From: the human T2T-CHM13v2.0 reference genome, Homo sapiens
Assembly (NCBI RefSeq): GCF_009914755.1
Contig: NC_060929.1
Strand: one strand, 5' to 3'
DNA length: 64,000 nt
In this document: one piece after another, positions 14,240 through 26,359 of the stretch
Numbering within the stretch: position 1 is the stretch's first letter
Layout: each line of letters starts with the position of its first letter
Translations under genes and position numbers: made by a program
Notes under the pieces: generated by a model
Database searches by the model: none
Told to the model about the DNA's origin: nothing
The model's input: only the letters and a program-made list of their open reading frames with translations

Positions 14240-17200
14240 TGATTCCTTTCTCTTTTTTCCTTCATATATTGCCTCTACTAGGGAGTTTTATAGTTTCACA
14301 AGTTTTTATTATGTCATTTATCATCTTTTTACTTCCAAATGTAAGACTTCCTTGAACATTTCTTGTAAGGCCAGTCTGGTAATGATGAATTTCCTTGGTT
14401 TTTGCTTTTATGTGAAAGATTTTATTTCTCCATCATTTCTAAAGGATGGCTTTTCTGGGTATAATATTTGTGGTTGGGAGGTTTTTTTTTTTCTTTTGGT
14501 ACTTTAAATATATTATTCCATTCCCTCCTGTCCTATAGGGGTTCTGTGAGAATTTCACTATTAATCTAATGAGGGTTACTTTATATGTGACTTGATGCTT
14601 TCTCTGTCTGCTATGATTTTATTAATTATGCTATCCTCATCTTTTCCCTTCTTTTCTGCTTCCCAAAACACCGAAAATATAAATATTTGTTCACTTAGTA
14701 GTGTCCCATAAGTCCTGTAGGCTTTATTTATTTATCTTTTTTCTTTTTTTTTCTGCTTATATTATTTCAAAAGCCCTGTCTTCAACTTCAGAAATTCTTT
14801 TTTCTTCTTGGTCTAGTCTGTTGTTGAAGCTCTCAATGGTAATTTTTTTATTTTAGTCATTGGATTCTTCAGCTTTAAGGTTTCTGTCTTGTTCTTTTTA
14901 ATGATACCCATCTCTTTGTCGAATTTCTCATTCAAATCATGAATTGTCTTTCTGAATTCATTGAATTGCCTATATTCTCTTGTATCTCAGTTTTCTTAAG
15001 TTTATTGTTTTGAATTCTTTTTCTGGGATTTCACACATTTTCTTATCATTGAGGTCTGTTACTTGAGAATTGCTGTTTTTCATTGACAGTGTCTTGTTTC
15101 CTTGCTTTCTCATGTTTGATGTGTCCCTACACTGATTTCTATGCACGTGGTAAAGTCACTTCTTCCAATTTTATGAAGTAGGTTTCATATGAATGAGTTT
15201 TAGGGTATTGGTTTGGTAGAGTACATTGGCTTTGCTTCTAGGTGGATGCAACAGTGTACTCTCCATGTAGTTTCTTCAGCTATAATCCATACTAGTAGCA
15301 TAAGCAAGTTTCTCAGTGGTCTAGGCTGAGAGAGTCTGTGGCACCAGTGGTGTGGCTTTGTAGGATTGGGGTTGCTGGGCTGTTTCTCAGGTTGGAGGCA
15401 TATATATGCACACAGTGTGCTAGCTAACTTGGAGTCACTGGGGTTGGAGCTATGGTACTGTTACTCTTGCCACAGGCACAAGCATGCAATTGCTTGTCTG
15501 ACCTAGAATTGTGCCTGCCAGGAGTGGTCCGTGGAACTATTTCTCAGGTCTACATGCAGGTGCAAGGCTCTTCAGTTGGCCTGGGGGTATGCCCACCAGG
15601 GGCAACCTGCAAGGCTGTTTCTTAGGCACTGATGGAGAGTGCAGGACCATTGGGTAGGCCACAGCCATGTCTGCAGGGGGCAGGGGGCAGGGGCACTGCA
15701 GGGCTATTTCTCAGGTCCTGAGCACGGTCACATAGCGACTTTGCTGGCCAGGGGCAGATCAGCTGCTCAGAGACTCAGGTCCTCTCCCATTTAGGGGAGG
15801 GCATGTAGCAGTTTGGCTGGCTCAAGAGTAGAGTTGCCCTGGGCAAGATTGCTATACTCTTCCCCCAGCTGAAAGTGTAGTGACAGGAGTTGTTTTCCCT
15901 GCTGTGCAGGACCAGAGTCATAGCTGATTCTGGGCCCAGGCTCTGCACAGCTGGGGTTGTGGCATTCAGCTACCTGTATCAGCTTGTTGGAAATAAAATG
16001 GAGTCCCAGTGCTGGAGAGGTGCAGTAGATACTGGCCCCCAGAGAAGGGTGGACCCCAGAGGTAGCTCTGGTCTCAAGATGGTGCTATGCTGCAGAAGCT
16101 TGGCTCACAGGGGTGTGAGGTATGGGGAGTGCAAACCTTGTGCTCCTGCTACAGGGCAATACAGCTGCATGAATTCCTAGCGGCTCTCCAAAATGGGCTT
16201 AGGGTTTGCAAGAGCTTTGGGATTCTCCTCTTATAAGGACTGTAGGTGTTTGTGGTGGCAGTGGGGGCTGGTGGGGATCATTTTACATTTTCTCTTCAGT
16301 GGAAAGTCCTTCCTAACTCCAGGCAGATCTGATCCAGTTTGGATAGACAAGTCTGCAGAGATTGGGTGCTTCTACACAGCCCTATGGTGATTTCAAATCA
16401 CCCTATGTGTGTCTGCAGTCTCTTGCTGCACTTAGCATTCTCCCTTTGACAAATCGTAGCTGTCTGTTCCTTGCCTTGGTCCTTTTCTACTCATGTATTT
16501 CTTATCCTATTGAGCTCTCACTATGTGCCAGGCATGTGATGTTAAGGGATACCATTGAGTAAGTACAATGCTCTTTATTGGGATACAGAGCAAGTAAACC
16601 TGTATACTCAGCCAACTCAATGCAGGCATCCTCTCATTTCCCCATTGACCATACTGGGCAGTAAATAATCTCAATCCTTGACTCTTTTTTTCCTTGACTT
16701 CACACAAATCAACTCCATTTTCTTTTAATGGTTTTACCTTGAAATTTTTATCATTTATTAGACTACTGATAAAAGAGAAGTCTTACCCTCCATCTGAGAA
16801 ATTTGGGAGACACTCTAGTCCCTTGATGGATTTTGAGAAGTGTGCTGTTCTCACCAGAAAATCGTTTGTTCATCCTATCTTGGAGTGAATTCCTTCTGCA
16901 GATGGCTAATCTCATGGACTTTGTGGCACTTACTTAATAACTTTATTCTCAGTGGATGACTTTTTCTTGTCTCAATCCCAAATCCCAAAGATATACTCTC
17001 TTTGATGCCTGTAGGCACCTGCTTTCAGCTGTGTACAGACTGACCCATGATATTTCATCCGTGTAAGCCATTAGAATAGTTTTCTCCACTAAATCTTGGT
17101 ACTATGCCCTATTGTCTCTATTTTACCCTTAACTTTACTTAACTGGCATTTGCATGGCTTGGCTTTATTTGACAAGGAAGTAGCCATCCTAAGAAAGATT

Positions 17201-17551
17201 CGTCATCATCTCATCCTCTGCCTTGAGAGTTCAGTGAAAAAGCTAGCTGCTTCTGGAGAGAGTTCCTTTTCCATATTCAAACTTCATCAAGACAAGGGAT
17301 GATTTAATTACAACTTTCAGAATTTGTCACTATATAAAGTAAAATCATTTGTATGAAGCTTCACATAGTGTTCTGTGTCTAGGCTGTGTTACTATTGAAA
17401 GGAGGTAGATATAGACCTCGAGAAGAATTTCTTGATTTTAAGAATTGGCAGATATTAGTACATATTAGAAAGGATAAGAAATCCCAAGAACTTGTAAATG
17501 AAGCCAACAGCTAGTGGAACACTGCCAAAATATAAGAAGATGGACATTAGG

Positions 17552-17760
17552 GATGTACAAAGGTTAAGAGTGTGGACTTTAGAGTCAGATTTTAGATCTT
17601 GTCCTGGTTTACCAAGTGTGTGACTCAACCATTTTCGCAACTGTAAAATGAGCCTTGTAAAGTCATCTACTTCATGGGGCTGGTTACAGGATTAGAAAAT
17701 AAATGCAAAAAGGCCTAGCGTAGTATGTGCATATAGTATGTACTTAATAAATGTTAGTTA
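17552..17760 (+). mobile_element. MIR
   Basis: ggttaagagtgtggactttagagtcaga...ctgtaaaatg...aataaatgttagtta. Confidence 0.8.
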
Positions 17761-18497
17761 CATTTAAGATTCCATATCCTTTGATATCACAATGAAATTT
17801 CATTCATTTGGGCCCTAGTAATTAAAAATGTATTACACTATTTGCTCTATTTCATATGTATCCTTCACAGCAAAAATAACTTCCTAATTGATAATGCATA
17901 TGTTATTGTAACCTGAAAATCCTAAACAGACAGAAGTTATCAATGTTTTTGTTGACAATTCATAAATAGGCTGAGCTGGAAATTGTCTCCTTTATCATTG
18001 AAAGCCTATTGAAATGTTAAGAAGTTACAAGGTTATATTTAACCCATTTCAGAGAAAAAACTCTTTTAAAACACTTAGCACTCTTTGCATATAAGCAGCC
18101 ACTCTGCCAATCATAAATGATCCTTATCTCTTTATTAAAACCAATATGACAGAACATCGACTTCTCAGCACTTTAATAGTTCTTAGTTCAGGTGTTGAAG
18201 TGTAACGATCTTGCATTTCTTCAAATTTTTTCAGAAATATGTCTTTCCTTGTGAGTAAATAGAGCTGGTTTAATTTGTTTTATATCATAAATTTCCCACA
18301 GGGCAAAACCAAAACGATATTTTGTGAAATTCCATGCTTGGTAAACTCCATCTAAAAATGATATGGCTGACAGAATTGTTCACTGGTTTAGTCACGTCAT
18401 AACTAAAAACAAAGGAAAAGTGATTCTCTTTCTCTCCATTTCCCCATTAACCCCACTGCTTCTCCCAGCCAATTAACAGAAATCTATTCTTTAATTA

Positions 18498-18556
18498 ACC
18501 CTATAAATATATACACCTACTATATACCCACAAAAATTTCAAAAGTTAAAAAAAAC
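18498..18556 (+). mobile_element. Extremely 5'-truncated L1 tail
   Basis: ataaatatatacacctactatatacccacaaaaatt plus poly-A; flanked by tttaattaacc / tttaattagcc. Confidence 0.6.
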
Positions 18557-18678
18557 CTTTTAATTAGCCAAAATCTACTGGACACCTGCTCATGCTGGGC
18601 ACTATGTTACTATCTCTAGAGATATGGAGAAGCACAGTGGAATGTACATTCTAATTGCAGAGCAAAACACACGTAGTA

Positions 18679-18771
18679 TGGAGGTGGTCAAGGAATGAGG
18701 GGTGTTTGCTTTTGGATGCAAAGTTTCTTTCTGGGGGGTGATGACAATGTTCTGAAATTAGATCATGGTGA
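18679..18771 (+). mobile_element. Old L1M 3' UTR fragment, abruptly truncated
   Basis: gtttctttctggggggtgatgacaatgttctgaaattagatcatggtgat is an L1MB/MC/ME 3' UTR motif. Confidence 0.7.
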
Positions 18772-20161
18772 TTAACCTTTGTACATCCCTAATGTCCATC
18801 TTCTTATATTATGGACCAGGATTTGTTAAGGCCATAGACTGACCATTGCATAGTTTCAGAATTCTAACAGAAGCAGGAAAATGCTACCATCTGGTCATGC
18901 CTGGCTAAAGACACAGACTCAGGGGCTGAAATACCATTTTTTTAGTAGCACTAGCCTTTGGTTGAGCTCCTATTCTTGCTTTTCTACAGCTTTGGTCTGC
19001 AATTTTGGCCCTTCTTCAGGCAAATTGATCAAAAGCCTTACCTCCCACTTCTCTTCCTAAAGCCTGTCTCTGGGCTGGGGCCCAGTAGAGGACGAGCTAA
19101 TATGCCAGTTTGTCCTGCTGCTCAGCAATCCCTACTTCTGGCTCAAATGTCACCCACCCGGTAGCAGAATGACCTTTCCTTGCAGTTCTGGCCCATCCAG
19201 TTCCACAGGAAAGGGGAGACAAGACATTGCAACTGTAACTAGAATCTGGAAAAAGAAGATTTTCTCATTTAGGAGCTTGGGAATAGAAACTTAAGAACAA
19301 ATCACAGATTTTTAACAATTGGAGATGAAAATAATTTATTGCAGTGTGACTTTAGTGGCTATTTCCTCTCTACAGAAAAAAAAATATCACTTGTGATTTT
19401 TCTTTCAAAGTAAAGTTTAAAAGATCAGAGTGCCCCAAGCGATGTTTCCCTGGGGTTAAAAAAGGAGCAACAGTGCCGCAGAACATCTCATAAAAACAAA
19501 TGGCATTTCACAATATGGTGTAGCTATTGATGGGTGGAAATGAATCAAGTGTTTCCTGTAAGATTGTTGTAATGCACTGGAGAAAGCGGGGGAAGAGGTG
19601 GTTAAGTGTGCAATATTGTAATTGTGATTATTACCATTAACACAATGCAGTCACATGTGGAATGGAGTCCCCTAGGGTGCTCTGACGTTCCAGTACTCTT
19701 CAAGCACCAGAGTGACATCCTGGAGCCTGCCACCTCAGTGAGCAGCACACTTCTGGCCTAAGGCCCTGCTTGCTGCCCTGTGGGTATCAATGTGAAAAGG
19801 CCTCAGCCTTCTCTGAGGCTTCCTTTGCTCTAAGGACCTCCTGGGAGCAAAGTGGACAGAAGAGTGTCGGCAAATCAGGCCTGCGCCACAGCCAGGAAGT
19901 GTGGGTTCATGTTCTTCACGTGCACCGGAAGGTATTAGAATGCCCTCCTTGAAAAGCAGCTGCTCTTTCATCTCCATTGAGACCAGAGCAAAAAGGATTA
20001 GATTTAAACACCTGTAAGAAGGGTTCTTGTTGAGCATGGGAACCATTTTGTGGTAGGGGATTCTGCCAGTCACCAGAATGGTTTCCCCAATCGGCCATGA
20101 GGTTTCTCAGAAAAATCTCTAAGGGCAACGTACATTCTCATTCATTTAGGACAGTGATTCT

Positions 20162-20164
<3 letters not shown>

Positions 20165-20238
<74 letters not shown>

Positions 20239-20285
20239 CATATATATACATATAGGTATACATATATGTATATTTGTGTATATAT
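20165..20285. repeat. Compound (TA)16(TG)18 microsatellite with a degenerate TA-rich extension
   Basis: Direct reading; lies at the tail of the adjacent L1. Confidence 0.95.
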
Positions 20286-20850
20286 AGTTTTATAGAGGTA
20301 TAATTCATATACCATAAAATTCACCCATTTGAAGTGTACAATTCAGTGGTTTTTAGTATGTTCACAGGACTGTGCCACCTTCATCACAGTCAATTTTGGA
20401 ATATTTTCATAACCCCAGAAAGAAGCCCCCTGCCCATCAGCATTCACTCTGCCTTTTCCCTCACTCTCTACCCCAGCCTAGGAAGCTACTAATCTGCTTC
20501 CTGTCTTATAGATTTACCTATTCTGGGCATTTTTTATAAAATGGTCTCATATGAGATATGGTCCTTTATGTCAGGCTTTTTTCACTTGGAATACTATTTT
20601 CACAGTTCATCCATGTTGTAGCATGAATCAGTATTTGTCTTTTTGTGACTAGCTTATTACACTTAGCATAATGTCCTCAAGGTTCATTCATGTTATAACG
20701 TGTGAAAATTTCCTTTCTTTTAAAATTGAATAATATTCCATTGTTTATGTATAACACATTTTGTTTATCCATTCATAGGTTGATAGGCACTTGGATTAGT
20801 TCTACCTTTTGGCTATCGTGAATAATGCTGCTCTGAACATGGGTGTACAG
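20286..20850 (-). mobile_element. L1MB-type 3' end
   Basis: aggtataattcatataccataaaattcacccatttgaagtgtacaattcagtggtttttag. Confidence 0.85.
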
Positions 20851-20859
20851 AGGAGGGTA

Positions 20860-21310
20860 AATCTTAACCTTAAATGTGCGTAAGAAACCTCCCAAGGAGC
20901 CTGTTAAAAATGCATATTCTGAAGCCCCATACACCCCTCTTGATTCCCATTGTTCAGTATGTGTAGAGTGGAGTTCAGAAACTTTTAAGCGCTTCAGGTG
21001 ATTTGCTCTGTCACCCAGGCTGGAGTGCAGTGACGTGAACACTGCTCACTGCAGCCTTGACCTCCCAGGCTCAGTGGTCCTCCCACCTCAGCCTCCCGAG
21101 TAGCTGGGATTACAGGATTGTGGCACCACACTCAGCTAATCTTTGTATATTTTGTAGAGGTGGCGTCTTACTATGTAGGCCAGGTTGGTCTTGAACTCCT
21201 GAGCTCAAGCGATCCTCCCACCGTGGCCTCCCAAAGTGCTGGGATTACAGGTGTGAGCTATGGCACCCAGCCCATAATTTAGGTGATTCTAATGAGGGTG
21301 AACCTCCAAT
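20860..21310. mobile_element. MER5 interrupted by an Alu
   Basis: ggagcctgttaaaaatgcatattctg...caggtgatt [Alu] aggtgattctaatg. Confidence 0.6.
21003..21272 (-). mobile_element. AluJ lacking its 3' end and poly-A tail
   Basis: Begins at ttgctctgtcacccaggctgg with no poly-T; AluJ diagnostics. Confidence 0.92.
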
Positions 21311-22447
21311 CCTATGAAGTCAGGGTATAGAATCACAGCCGTTTGTCACTAGAGTGTAGTCTGGCTTACACTGCCTCTCTCTGCTTGCTCTTTCAGTGTC
21401 CACCATGAAGAGGACACAGGTTGGCTTTTGCTTCTGCTCCTCTTTCCTCAGCATAGCTAACATGTTTTATCAAACAAAACCTTTCCAAGCTTTTATTTGG
21501 TCCCTAACATCAGGTGAACCTGAAGGGATTAGTGTCCCGCTGTACCTGTAGTGGTTTTTGGAAAGGGTAGGAGTGACCCTTTCAGGATCAGGCATGAGGA
21601 AGCCTACAACAGAGATGTGCTGGACCACAGTGCAAAGCTCATGCATCTCACGAACAGTGCCGCCTGCCTCTGCCAAAGAGATTAGAAAGGCTTTGTTAAG
21701 GGAAGGATGAGAAAGAATGATCAGAGTTTCTACAGTTAAGTGAAAGGCTTCACTGATTTGCTGATGAAGAAACCTACATGAGCTGAAAATACTAATTCTG
21801 GATGATGTAGTCTGAGAGACAGGTGTTCAAGGCTGTAAGCTAAATCAGTAACTTATTTATCAGGAGGTCTTTGTCAGACTTCACAATCGGCTTGCTGTGT
21901 GACTTTGGGCTACTTATTTGATCTTGCTGAACCACACTCTTCTACCCAGTAGATTGGAAGTGATCTTCAAAGTTATAAGACTCTGTTTCTGAAGTATCAT
22001 TGATCCAGCTTCCCACTGACGTTGGTGTGTACGAATGGGAGATTAAAGATTTCTCAGAACAAGCTCAAAATACTGAGAACTGATCTCAAAATACAGAGAT
22101 ACTGGGAGGTAACAGCCACAAAATCTGAGTTAGTGAAAGAACAAAGGCTGTAGTGGTTGCATTAGTGGTTATAACTTAGGCCATGAGCTTTAAGCACCCA
22201 TGGGCACACACAGTTGAGGGCATCAGCATCCTCATACACAGGTGATTGAATGAAAAGACTGATTCGCTTGGATAGAAAATCAAGCCCCACTTGATTTTCT
22301 AAACATCCCTGTACCCCAAATCTAAACTACTAAATGCTAAAATACTAATGATATTGATTTTGATCCTGAATATCTTATTTTATGACAAACTTATGACAAG
22401 AGATCCCAGCATATCTGGTCAATGAGAAGCACTTTAATTTCCAGAAC

Positions 22448-22753
22448 CTTTATTTATTTATTTATTTATTTGAGATGGAGTCTTGCTCTGTCACCCAGGC
22501 TGGAGTGCCAGTGGTGCGATCTCAGCTCACTGCAACCTCCACATCTCAGGTTCAAGCGATTCTCCTGCCTCAGCCTCCTGAGTAGCTGGGACTACAGGCA
22601 CATGCCACAATGCCTGGCTAATTTTTGTATTTTTAGTAGAGGCAGGGTTTCGCCATGTTGGCCAGGCTGGTCTCGAACTCCTGACCTCGGTGATCCACCC
22701 GCCTCAGCCTCCAAAAGTGCTGGGATTACAGGCATGAGCCACCACACCCAGCC
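22448..22753 (-). mobile_element. AluS with a (TTTA)n tail
   Basis: Full reverse-complement dimer. Confidence 0.95.
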
Positions 22754-23049
22754 TCCATAAATTTTTATATCTATAAATCTAGAATTCTGTATAGAAATAC
22801 AGCTGTCATGATGACCATCTTGATGAATCTTGAGCAGTGTAAGATATCAGAGTACTTTTGGAATCACCAAGAAAGATTGTTTCATTTGGTTTACTGGCAG
22901 TGTTAAATCTAGTTAATTATTTTCTGATTATTTAACTTGATGAAAGTTTATGGTATATTGTGATTGTTAATTAACATAGGACTTACAATTTAGCCAAAAC
23001 AAAATGGTAGCTTACTTTTTCAGTGTATCTGGAGAAGCAGGAGAGTGTA

Positions 23050-23490
23050 CAAGTTAGTAGTTCATGTTCCAGCTTTGCCATTTACTAGCTGAGCAACGAA
23101 ATACTTGAGCAAATTACGGAGCCATTTTCTGCCTCTATTTCATCAGTAAATTGGAGAAAATAATGGTACCTACTAATGGATAAAATGAGTTAAAATGTAT
23201 AAAATGCTCTGAATAGTACCTATTATATAGTAATCATTCAACAAATGTTAGTTTATTATTGCTATTGTTGTTATCATAGCATTTTCTAGTTTGCTTGGCA
23301 CTTATGCCTATCTTTTCTCATTTTAGCCTCATGATAACCCTGTAAGTTAAGTAAGGCAAATGTCATAAATAAGGAAATTAAGGATTTTTTTTAAAGTGAC
23401 TTGTTCATGGTCCCAAAGCTAGAAGTGTTGCTAAGTGGGGCTAGATCCCACATCTTTTGACTGATAATCTATCTCTCACCATATCATGAT
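23050..23490. mobile_element. Two MIRs tail-to-tail (+ 23050-23265; - 23275-23490)
   Basis: ccagctttgccatttactagctg...caaatgttag, and aagtgacttgttcatggtcccaaagctag. Confidence 0.7.
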
Positions 23491-25760
23491 GTCTCCTTCT
23501 CAGCATGCTGAATAAATAGGTGCCATTATTTCTGGCACATTGTCTCTTTAATAGCCACATATTCTTAGGGTTCCAGTTAAGGTTGAGAAGCTGAGATCAT
23601 GTTGGCTTCTGAGATCAAAGATAATTTTACTGACCTCAAATTGTATACCAATATGATGATAGGGTGTTGAGATGCCCAGGGTAAAGGAGTCACATTTGAT
23701 AAAACTTTGTGTGGATTATCATCTTTTCATAATGGCTAAATCTTTTATGATACCGTTCAAGCTCAGTGACTTCCCAAATCATACTAATAAGTACAAGAAG
23801 TGTTAGCAAAAGAGATGAAAAAATTGAACTTGTAAATGAGACCTTTGTACCAAATTCTTGGATGTTTTTTCTTCAAAGGCTCATTCAGGGATCTTGAATT
23901 CTTCAGTGGGTTCTTGTATCTTATGACATAAAGCATCCTCCCATTAGGTCTGGGAAAATCACCACAAGCATGCCAATAGTTCTGATATCTTAGCAACAAG
24001 GATCTTGCTTAGATCCATGCTTGCCTTTCCCCAAATCTGGATTGAATTACTGGAAGTTGAACGATCTAGCTCTAAAGACTGCACAAACATTATAAAAGAG
24101 AGCTCTGTTAACACCAGATGGCCTTATCTGCAGATTTTTAAAATGTAGACTATAAGAGAGCCATATAAGCATTGTCCAGAGAGACAAAAGGAAAGAAAAA
24201 TACAAGCCACAATGGTTTGAAATATCCAGCTCTATTTTATAGAACCTTGACTCTACTGATGTTCTTCAACCCCAATCCTGCAGTTATTCATGTGGATTTT
24301 AACGAGAGTAGCTAGTGAAATTCAAGCTCAGATGTAGTCATTGAACCAAATAGTATAACGACTAAGTTGGAGATTTTAACTCACGACACTTGCCTTTTGT
24401 TGTCTAGCTTCAATACTATTTAAGAAAATAAGTATTTCTAGGTTATTTGAGGGATTTTGACATGGATGCAAAATATTAATCTGTTCTTTTTCCTTTGGCC
24501 CCAGGAGCTGGGATGAAATCACATGATTTCATCATTTTGAATCCATGCGGCTCCTCTGAGATAGGGCCAGATGTAACCAGAAGGATTTATAGGGTGTAAA
24601 ATTCAGAATGGATTAGAAAAGCCTTTCTATGTTCAGCCCAACACATCCTAAATCAACGTCCCCTGAATGGACCAGAGCAATCTCTGGCTGGCCTAGTGGG
24701 GAGGTTGTCATGGCAACTGACTGGCAAGCTCAGCCAGTGGAATGTGAATGCAAACAATAGAGTGATAAGACTGTGTACAGAGCAGCATACTAAGGCTGCT
24801 TCTGCCCAGGTACAGTGGCACATAGGTGAAAGTGTGAAACTGTTGCTGCATTTTGTAACTTCTTAACAATCTCTGGCAGCTCATTTGAAATTTACCAAGT
24901 GCCCTTTCCCAGATGTTGGTAAAAACATTCCTGCTGATAGATAACAGAAGCTATGGAAAAATCAGCACCCAGCTGATAGGTGCAGAGGTATACAAAGCCC
25001 TGGAGGGCTGTTGGAATAACACTACTCAAAAATTTTCTGAAGGAGGTTGAAGCAGGTTTAAGGTAAATCTTATGACTCTTCAGTGCCATCTTGTGTCCTT
25101 TTAGATACTGACAATTTACTAGAAGCCCACTCTCAGACCGATCATTAGGCAGCAACAGGGCAGACATGGAAAAGTTAGAGCTGGATTATATTGGAGCTTG
25201 GTATTCCCTTTTACAGCAGAATATGCACACCAAGCCTTCTGAGCTTTACATTGATTTAAAAAATTGAAATTAAAAATTTTGGTAGAATCTGGAAATAAAA
25301 ACAGAATAAGATGCCAAATAATGCCATGAAAAGATTGCAAGAGTCTACATGGTGCGCTAGGGGTTGAGGGAAGGGATGGAAAATCTAGATTTAGTGTTGA
25401 AGATTCTTACAGATAGATTTGGTATTGAGGATTCTTACTGTTGTCATTACTAACTCTTGCAATAGAATATTTTTAATCTATTCAGTCATGCTGATAATGC
25501 AAATGAATCAACAGAGAAAAATAAAATGTGAACATCACCAATTCCACTTTATAACTCTTTTGTTCATGGTTAATGGAGTAAGAGATGGTAGCATTTGCTT
25601 AAATGGTACCTCATGCCCACCTCTAATCTCTTACCTACCCCAAACCTACCACCCACTGATGTCTCACCATCACCTCATCACTATTGAAAGCCATAATCAA
25701 GTCCCATTTAATTTCAGAAATGCAAAATAACCAAGATGTGTTTCTGTGTGTTTCTTCCAG

Positions 25761-25948
25761 GGTTTGAGTTTTTTGAAACAAGTGCCAAGGACAACATTAA
25801 TGTCAAGCAGACATTTGAGCGCCTTGTGGATATCATCTGCGACAAAATGTCAGAGAGTTTGGAGACTGATCCTGCCATCACTGCTGCAAAGCAGAACACG
25901 AGACTCAAGGAAACTCCTCCTCCACCGCAGCCCAACTGTGCCTGCTAG
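25761..25948 (+). CDS. RAB3C: RAB3C final coding exon (Rab GTPase C-terminus)
   Basis: After a phase-1 acceptor it translates to (G)[64 protein letters not shown]. This has the G5 motif ETSAK, the Rab3 helix 5 and a CXC geranylgeranylation motif, and matches the RAB3C C-terminus as I recall it. The ATG at 25736 in the ORF track is intronic. Confidence 0.97.
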
Positions 25949-26054
25949 TGTCCCCGTGCACACAGGCAGCTCCAGGGGGCTCTGGTTGCCAACAAACAGC
26001 ATTTGTAAATGGTCTATTAGCCTTCATTTATACTGCCTAACAATTATTTGAAGG

Positions 26055-26060
26055 AATAAA
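26055..26060 (+). terminator. RAB3C: Candidate proximal polyadenylation signal
   Basis: AATAAA 107 nt after the stop codon, UGUA upstream at about 26004 and a U/GU-rich tract downstream at about 26100. Confidence 0.5.
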
Positions 26061-26335
26061 TTGATGTCAATGGCTCGTACGCATTCAATTCTTGGGAGCT
26101 TTCCTGTTTAATATGTGGCAAATATGTGATCTTAAATTTATAAGGACTATCCATCTATAAACATCTGGTACCTGCATGTGACTTGTTATTTATTTGTCTG
26201 CTAGGCTCTTTTTGTTTCAAATTTGCTCTCAGACTACTTCTGGGACATCAGACTATAATCTCACTACAACTGGCTTTTGTCCCATTGATTCAAATTATGC
26301 TATTCACTTGTAGGAATGATGACCAAGGAATTGCT

Positions 26336-26359
26336 TGTGTGTGTGTGTGTGTGTGTGTG
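26336..26359 (+). repeat. (TG)12 in the 3' UTR
   Basis: Direct reading. Confidence 0.95.

Noticed and set aside
15200-16488. GC-richer block with ORFs, resembling a promoter or exon
   Set aside because: Lies inside the TSD-bounded L1 as its 5' UTR and is CpG-depleted.
25714-26051. Overlapping ORFs 25714-25935 (-) and 25746-26051 (+), and the ATG at 25736
   Set aside because: These are antisense or alternate-frame shadows of the RAB3C exon. The ATG lies upstream of the splice acceptor, so the real CDS enters by splicing.
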